A stretch of DNA of 40,885 nt, taken from an uncultured Candidatus Peribacteria bacterium (GTDB taxonomy: Bacteria; Patescibacteriota; Gracilibacteria; UBA1369; PNNO01). Positions 35,347 to 40,885 of this stretch are shown here, one piece after another (within the stretch, counting starts at the first letter, position 1; every line of letters begins with the position of its first letter). Position numbers and translations under genes: made by a program. The DNA is taken from contig CAYFUK010000001.1 in NCBI GenBank assembly GCA_964346325.1, positions 1 to 40,885 on the forward strand. The letters are read 5' to 3'. The notes below the pieces were generated by a model that had not been told where the DNA came from, did not search any database, and was given only the letters and a program-made list of their open reading frames with translations.

Positions 35347-37026
35347 TTATTTTAAATAAGCTTCATTAACATATTGTTCCATCATTCTGTGTGTATTAAA
35401 AAAAGATCCGTTGATCGAGATACAATTCTTCATTATTTTTTGCCAGTTTTTTTTGTCTTCATAGAACATCGGCAGAACTTTATTTTTCAGCTTGTTATAA
35501 AAATCTTCCGCTTCATCATCCGGGCTCGCATCTTCATCAAAGTTTTTATCATGTGGATGCAGTCCTATACTCCAGCCTGTTACATCTTCAACATGACCTT
35601 CAAGCCACCATCCGTCCAAAGAAGAAAAATGCGGGACACCGTTTATGGCCGCCTTCATGCCGGATGTGCCGGAAGCTTCATGAGGCCTGCGCGGATTATT
35701 AAGCCATATATCACAACCCGCAGTCATAAGCTTGGCAGTATTCATTCCGTAATTTTCAAGAAACACAATGTTTATTTTTTCCTTATCAAGTTTATCTTTT
35801 ATTTCAAAAACTTTACGTATCAGGCCTTTTCCTTCTTCGTCTCCCGGGTGCGCTTTGCCGGAAAAAATTATCTGTATCGGCCCTTTTTCGTCAATTATGG
35901 ATTTAAGCCTTTCCGGATCATAGAAAATCAGATCCGGCCTTTTATATTTAACAAACCTTTTTGCAAAACCTATTGTGAATTTTTCAGGATCAAGCTGAGT
36001 GCCTGTTCGCTTTTTAACTTCTTTAATAAGTTCATTTTTTGAAACAGTGTGCGCCTCCCGGATTTCTTCTTCCGGAATATTATTCGCGGCTCTCAAGCTA
36101 AAAGGGTCCTCTTTCCATTCCGGGATATATTCATCAAACAGTTTTTTTAACGGATCACTTGCCCATGATAAAAAATGCACACCGTTTGTAATTGATTCAA
36201 TTTGATATTCCGGGAACATCTCTTTCGAAACTTTACTGTGCTTTCTTGCCACTCCGTTTATATACGCACTGAATTCAAGGCCCAGGTGTGTCATATTAAG
36301 CGTACCGTCACTAAATATATCCAATTCGGATTTATCGGGAATATATTCACCCGCAAATTCCCGAATTTGGCCTTCATCAAATTTGTCGTGCCCTGCGGGA
36401 ACCGGTGTATGTGTTGTAAATACGCATTTTTTTCTTACTTCGTTTTTTCTGTCGGCTGCTTTGCTTTGTTTATATAGTTCGAGAGTTAAAAAAGAGGTAT
36501 GGCCTTCGTTCATATGATATTTTTTTATATCACAGCCAAGGCTCCGAAGCATTTTTACACCTCCTATTCCAAGAATCATCTCCTGTGATATTCGCACGTC
36601 ATGGTCTCCCTGGTACAACTTATCGCAGACTCTTCTGAAATAATCCGAATTTTCTTTAAGATCGGTATCAAGAAACAATACGGGATTTTTATTGCCGGAA
36701 ACCCCTTCAAGTTCATACATCCGGCAGGCGATCTTTACATCCTCCCCTCTTATTTGGATTGTAACCGTGTTATCCAGCCTTTTCAGTTCTTCACTCGGAT
36801 CCCAGTTTTGTTCTTCCTCGGTCTGATTGCCTTTGTCATCAAGTTTTTGTTCAAAATATCCTTTTTTGTATAAAAGAGTAATACCCGCAACCGGCAATTG
36901 CAGATCCGAGCAACTTTTAAGAGCGTCGCCCGCAAGAATGCCCAATCCTCCCGCATATGCGGGGATTTCATCTTTCAACCCCATCTCCATGCTAAAAAAT
37001 GCGGTGTCGATTTTTTTAAAATCCAT
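35347..37026 (-). CDS. glgP: alpha-glucan phosphorylase (GT35, GlgP family, short form)
   Basis: FSMEMGL...IPAYAGGLGILAGDALKSCSDLQLP, and the PLP-Lys box EASGTSGMKAAINGV. Confidence 0.9.
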   Translation of the reverse strand: MDFKKIDTAFFSMEMGLKDEIPAYAGGLGILAGDALKSCSDLQLPVAGITLLYKKGYFEQKLDDKGNQTEEEQNWDPSEELKRLDNTVTIQIRGEDVKIACRMYELEGVSGNKNPVLFLDTDLKENSDYFRRVCDKLYQGDHDVRISQEMILGIGGVKMLRSLGCDIKKYHMNEGHTSFLTLELYKQSKAADRKNEVRKKCVFTTHTPVPAGHDKFDEGQIREFAGEYIPDKSELDIFSDGTLNMTHLGLEFSAYINGVARKHSKVSKEMFPEYQIESITNGVHFLSWASDPLKKLFDEYIPEWKEDPFSLRAANNIPEEEIREAHTVSKNELIKEVKKRTGTQLDPEKFTIGFAKRFVKYKRPDLIFYDPERLKSIIDEKGPIQIIFSGKAHPGDEEGKGLIRKVFEIKDKLDKEKINIVFLENYGMNTAKLMTAGCDIWLNNPRRPHEASGTSGMKAAINGVPHFSSLDGWWLEGHVEDVTGWSIGLHPHDKNFDEDASPDDEAEDFYNKLKNKVLPMFYEDKKNWQKIMKNCISINGSFFNTHRMMEQYVNEAYLK

Positions 37027-37048
37027 ATTTTCAAGGATATAAATTTGT

Positions 37049-37798
37049 CTAACGACTCAGCCATCCGCCATCAACAACAAGCGTATGGCCCGTTATATAA
37101 TCCGAATCATCCGATGCCAGAAAAACAACGGCTTTTGCAATTTCTTCGGGCTTCCCGACTCTGCCCATCGGAATATTTGCAAGTAAATCTTTTTTGGTAT
37201 TCTCATCTTCAAGCATATCTTCGGTCATGTCGGTTTTAATTACTCCCGGAGCAATCGCATTAACATTAATACCTTTATCCGAAAGTTCCAGAGCAAGTTC
37301 CCTGGTTAAATTGATTATTCCCGCCTTTGAGGCGCAGTAAGCAGAAGTATTCGCAAATCCCACTTCACCCGCGATTGAAGAAATCGAAACAATTTTTCCG
37401 CTTTCATTTTTGGCCATTTCTTTTGCCGCCGTTTTTGTAACCAGGAACATTCCTTTAAGATTTACATCCAGAATCGTATCCCAGTCTTCTTCGGTAAATT
37501 CAAGAAAAGGTTTTTGCTTTACAACACCGGCATTATTAACAAGGATATCCGGACTGTCGAATTTTTCAGTAGTTTTTTTGATCATTTCATCGATTTGATC
37601 CTGTTTTGTAACATCACATTTTATTGCGAGTGCATCGGTGCCAAGGTCTTTTATTTCTTCCGCAACTTCTTCGCATCCTTTAAGATCAATATCCGAAACA
37701 ACCACATTTGCACCGTGCTTCGCCAATTCCAGAGCAATCGCCTTGCCGATTCCCTGTTTGGCGCCCGTAACAACCGCAACTTTGTTTTTTAAGTTCAT
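37049..37798 (-). CDS. SDR-family oxidoreductase (FabG-like or glucose 1-dehydrogenase-like)
   Basis: Cofactor-binding motif VVTGAKQGIGKAIA, NNAG, catalytic YCASKAG, and PGVIKTDM. Confidence 0.9.
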   Translation of the reverse strand: MNLKNKVAVVTGAKQGIGKAIALELAKHGANVVVSDIDLKGCEEVAEEIKDLGTDALAIKCDVTKQDQIDEMIKKTTEKFDSPDILVNNAGVVKQKPFLEFTEEDWDTILDVNLKGMFLVTKTAAKEMAKNESGKIVSISSIAGEVGFANTSAYCASKAGIINLTRELALELSDKGINVNAIAPGVIKTDMTEDMLEDENTKKDLLANIPMGRVGKPEEIAKAVVFLASDDSDYITGHTLVVDGGWLSR

Positions 37799-37816
37799 AA
37801 ATATTTGATTAAGATT

Positions 37817-38290
37817 TTAAAAAGCATTTCCTATCCGGCCACCAATAAAATTGGTTACTAAAATTATAATAATTCCGATTCCCACATGTTCGCCGATAAC
37901 CTTCCAGGCCGGTTTTTTCTGTTCCTTTGCTATATAATAACTTATGCCTGTCATCAAAATCAAACCCCAGATTATATCCACCAGAATTGCCTGATTTAAG
38001 GGCAAAAATATAACCGGAATCACAAAAGTTATGGCAACTATAAATTTGGTGATAAGCGTTGCAAAAGTGGATCTCCACACCTGTTTGTTCGTATTGTTTT
38101 TATCGGATTCTTCGGAAATATGAATGGCAAGCGAATCCGAAACAGCGTCAGCTATTGCTATCATCACGACAGCCCCGATCACGGCAAGTTTCGACGATGT
38201 AGTCGCATTTATGCCCACAACGGAACCCAGTACGGTTAGAACTACCGAGCTTAATCCAAAGCTCACACCTGTTTTGATTGCTCTTTTCAT
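37817..38290 (-). CDS. small polytopic membrane protein, possibly VIT1/CCC1-like
   Basis: Four or five hydrophobic helices. Weak resemblance to the VIT core in FGLSSVVLTVLGSVVG...IADAVSDSLAIHISEES. The family call is tentative. Confidence 0.45.
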   Translation of the reverse strand: MKRAIKTGVSFGLSSVVLTVLGSVVGINATTSSKLAVIGAVVMIAIADAVSDSLAIHISEESDKNNTNKQVWRSTFATLITKFIVAITFVIPVIFLPLNQAILVDIIWGLILMTGISYYIAKEQKKPAWKVIGEHVGIGIIIILVTNFIGGRIGNAF

Positions 38291-38353
38291 ACAATAAATC
38301 GTATATCAAAGCGGGCTTTTATGCAAGCCGAAGGCAAGGCTTATTTTAAAGAC

Positions 38354-38390
38354 TGTACAAATAGCTGGCAAAATGAAAGCAATTTGTACA
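38354..38390. promoter_or_regulatory. 9-bp inverted repeat between the GH15 gene and the membrane-protein gene (terminator or operator candidate)
   Basis: TGTACAAAT (38354-38362) and ATTTGTACA (38382-38390) are separated by 19 nt. Confidence 0.3.
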
Positions 38391-38407
38391 AGGGACTTTA
38401 AACACCA

Positions 38408-40180
38408 TCACCCACGCTTTTTATACTTATCAATGTAATGAGCGCTCATTATCATTCCCAAATGCGAAAAAGCCTGAGGAAAATTGCCCAGATATCTTCC
38501 TGTTTCAGCATCAATCTGCTCCGACATAAGCCCTGTTTCGTTAATATATTCCTTGAATTTGTTGTAAAGCCGTTCAGCTTTATCGGTTTGTTCCAGAATC
38601 GCCCATGCACTTATTCTCCAGAATGTGCATAAAACAAAAGCCCTGTCCCGGCCCGGCAGATTATCATCCATTAAAAATCTGTATACGAATACATCATTTT
38701 CAACAAGTTCCCTGCTTGTGTTCTTAAGAATTCCGGGTGTTATTTTATCGTATTTATCCAAAAACTCTATCAAAACAAAAAGGTAATTCGCCGAATCTAT
38801 TTCGTCACCTCCCGCATACATCATCATGTTCTTTTTTTCTTTGTCGTAACAGTTCTCCCAAATCCAGTCTTTTATTTCTTTGCGGAGTTTTTCGCAGCGC
38901 TCAACCTCTTCGTCCGAAAGTTCTATTTTATCCTTTATCCGTAAAGTTCTGTCGATTCCCACCCAGCACATAACTTTGCTGTATGTATGATGTTCGGGAT
39001 CCATTCTGAACTCCCATATTCCGGCGTCTTTTTCTTTCCATAATTCCTCGATTTTATCAACAAGGTACATTATATATTTTTTATTCAAAACTTTATCCAT
39101 CTTTTTCATAACAAAATAGTGGGCATCAAGCAGAGCTCCGTAAGTATCAAGCTGAAACTGCACAGCCGCATTATTACCAAGCCTTACGGGCTTTGAATTT
39201 TCGTAACCCGACAAATGTTTGAGCTCTTTTTCTTTTGTGCATTTATTGCCCCATATATCATATAAAGTATTAAGTTTTTTATTTGATTCGGTGCATCCAT
39301 CAAGTATCTTATGCATAAATTCAAAGAATTTTTTTGCTTCTTCGGTAAAATCCAGGACGTAAAACGCATACATGGTAAAGGTGGCGTCTCTTATCCAGAC
39401 ATATCTGTAATCCCAGTTTCTGTACCCGCCCGGATCATCCGGAAGGCTGGTTGTCGGAGCCGCAATCAAAGCTCCGGTAGGGTAGAACTGCATCATTTTA
39501 AGAGTGATTGCGGATCTTATTATGGTGTCTCTGTCAAAATCAAAATAATCGCCTTTTTTAACCCAGTTTCGCCAGTATCGTTTAGTCTTGGATTCTTTGT
39601 CTTTGCCGTCTTCTTTGTATTTTGCAGAATTTTCGGCATATTCAAGCACAAGATTTTTAATTTCATTTTCTTTTAAACTTATTGTGATTAAAAAACCGTG
39701 TTTGGTTTTCACGGATTTTGAACTCTTTGGAAGATTAAGCTTCATTTTGTCTTTGCCTATTTCGGTTACTATATCGCCGTCTTTTAATTTTCGGATTTTC
39801 GGATTTTTTCCGTAATGCGGTTTTGGCTCAAAAGTAAACCGTACTTCGGTTTGTCCTTTTATTCCTTTTAATTTTCTTACCAAAAAGTGATTGGTGCAAT
39901 CAACAACAGGCCGCGGAAGCATAAAATCTTTCATAATAAAAGCACAATCCTTTTTTTTGAATTCATATTCAACTATTGCGGTCTCTTTTATGTAGCTTGA
40001 CGTAACCTGATATCCTTTATCTTCAATGCCGAACCTTCCGGCTTTTTTGTCCAGTATATAAGCAAAAACACTGTCCGAATTAAAATCGGGCAGGCAAAGC
40101 CAGTCAATCGATCCGCGATTTGAAACCAGTGCAGCTGTCTGCAGATCTCCGATAAGATAATAATCACTTATTTCAGTCAT
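38408..40180 (-). CDS. glycoside hydrolase family 15 protein (glucoamylase/trehalase-type)
   Basis: YYLIGDLQTAALVSNRGSIDWLCLPDFNSDSVFA, NWDYRYVWIRDATF, and an (alpha/alpha)6-barrel-length C-terminal domain. The start is set at ATG 40180 because the ORF-track start at 40195 is TTG. Confidence 0.9.
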   Translation of the reverse strand: MTEISDYYLIGDLQTAALVSNRGSIDWLCLPDFNSDSVFAYILDKKAGRFGIEDKGYQVTSSYIKETAIVEYEFKKKDCAFIMKDFMLPRPVVDCTNHFLVRKLKGIKGQTEVRFTFEPKPHYGKNPKIRKLKDGDIVTEIGKDKMKLNLPKSSKSVKTKHGFLITISLKENEIKNLVLEYAENSAKYKEDGKDKESKTKRYWRNWVKKGDYFDFDRDTIIRSAITLKMMQFYPTGALIAAPTTSLPDDPGGYRNWDYRYVWIRDATFTMYAFYVLDFTEEAKKFFEFMHKILDGCTESNKKLNTLYDIWGNKCTKEKELKHLSGYENSKPVRLGNNAAVQFQLDTYGALLDAHYFVMKKMDKVLNKKYIMYLVDKIEELWKEKDAGIWEFRMDPEHHTYSKVMCWVGIDRTLRIKDKIELSDEEVERCEKLRKEIKDWIWENCYDKEKKNMMMYAGGDEIDSANYLFVLIEFLDKYDKITPGILKNTSRELVENDVFVYRFLMDDNLPGRDRAFVLCTFWRISAWAILEQTDKAERLYNKFKEYINETGLMSEQIDAETGRYLGNFPQAFSHLGMIMSAHYIDKYKKRG

Positions 40181-40265
40181 ACTATTGGTCCGCAAATTAC
40201 ATGATCATAAAATCAATTTACCGGTTAATTATCCCTGATGAACTTTATCAAAAGCAATTTCATTT

Positions 40266-40778
40266 TTAATTTATAGTTTCAGGTGTAACTTCACAATTTC
40301 GAGGCTGATCGGAAGGACCGTCCTGAGGACTTCGATACGTTAACAATTCGGTTTCATTCTCATTTTCACCTGAATTTAATGTTAATACTTTTTGTGGAGG
40401 TCCGGGTAGTACATCCGTATCAAACTGATCATACTGTTCTTGTGTATAAACACTATAATAATAATGAGCATCATCAGCTTCCCACTGCTCCGAACCCGGA
40501 ACATAAACCGCATATCCGGTTACACTGTTGCCATCTGCATCTTTTGATTCGTTGTATTGTTCGATTTTATAATAATCTTTACAATCTTGGTGAGTGGTTG
40601 TGAATTGTACATTTTTATCTTCATCGGTGAATAAAACCAATTTTTCCGGAGTTTCCTGTTCAGGCTCACCGGTAACGGCAGGCTCGTCATTTACGGGTTC
40701 TGAAGATTGGAACCAGCTGCAACCTGAAAGTCCAAATGTTAAAACCGTAATAATTCCAACAATAATAAATCTTTTCAT
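40266..40778 (-). CDS. hypothetical lipoprotein (170 aa), acidic
   Basis: Signal peptide and lipobox LTFGLSGCSW. No other motif. Confidence 0.65.
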   Translation of the reverse strand: MKRFIIVGIITVLTFGLSGCSWFQSSEPVNDEPAVTGEPEQETPEKLVLFTDEDKNVQFTTTHQDCKDYYKIEQYNESKDADGNSVTGYAVYVPGSEQWEADDAHYYYSVYTQEQYDQFDTDVLPGPPQKVLTLNSGENENETELLTYRSPQDGPSDQPRNCEVTPETIN

Positions 40779-40885
40779 GATTTTTGAAGTTTAAATAATT
40801 AATCAAAATCATGGTAACATTTTTGGATGTGTTAATCCACCCATATATAGAGGGCACTGTTAATTTTTAGTTACTACAAAAATAA

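Noticed and set aside
35374-37239. Plus-strand ORFs (up to 222 aa) opposite the alpha-glucan phosphorylase gene.
   Set aside because: They are antisense shadows with Phe/Ile/Lys-rich low-complexity translations. The minus-strand GT35 homology is unambiguous.
1-40885. Alternative genetic code (UGA recoding, as in some candidate phyla).
   Set aside because: TGA functions as a stop at well-defined gene boundaries (11573-11575, 14989-14991, 38408-38410). All conserved proteins are full length under code 11.
1-40885. CRISPR arrays, tRNA or rRNA genes, IS elements and integrases.
   Set aside because: I saw no regularly spaced direct repeats, no cloverleaf-compatible GGTTCGAATCC-type segments in the spacers, and no transposase or integrase-like ORFs.

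Overview
The window is 40.9 kb of AT-rich bacterial DNA, roughly high-30s % G+C by eye. It is densely coding, with about 39 CDS. I found no rRNA, tRNA, CRISPR array, transposase or phage genes. Standard code 11 fits: TGA stops coincide with gene boundaries, for example ATGA overlaps at 11572-11575 and 14988-14991. Shine-Dalgarno motifs are mostly absent. Several genes instead have TG-extended -10 boxes close to their starts.

Most of the window is housekeeping, in recognisable blocks:
- ndk.
- A folate block: pabC-like, folP, a PTPS/QueD-family gene, a CYTH gene and folK.
- A pentose-phosphate block: split transketolase, prs, rpiB and rpe.
- lepB and uvrB.
- A LemA-DUF2207 pair.
- An RRM RNA-binding protein.
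- A Ca2+-type P-type ATPase.
- Alpha-glucan catabolism: a GT35 phosphorylase and a GH15 enzyme.

This gene content and style resemble an uncultivated reduced-genome (CPR/Patescibacteria-like) bacterium. That is an inference only.

The standout is the first 10 kb. A promoter-to-terminator operon (61-10268) encodes a small helical protein, three very large proteins (1213, 670 and 1276 aa) and a 74-aa two-TM protein.
- The three large proteins are Lys/Glu-rich coiled-coil proteins with no cysteine at all.
- They have no signal peptide and no catalytic motif that I can recognise.
- Each carries an internal Gly/Ala-rich hydrophobic core.
- The third has a segment resembling the pre-toxin TG (PT-TG) module of polymorphic toxins.

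Secondary items:
- A PTPS with a Cys-Glu active-site signature (PTPS-III-like FolB bypass), translationally coupled to a CYTH triphosphatase-fold gene.
- A 636-bp G+C-elevated segment, open on both strands, between the two transketolase halves. It could be a structured RNA, a MITE or an orphan gene.
- A PEP/PGF-CTERM-like sorting tail on an acidic Pro/Glu-repeat protein.
- A decayed HupE/UreJ gene.
- A micro-TM ORF coupled to the P-type ATPase.
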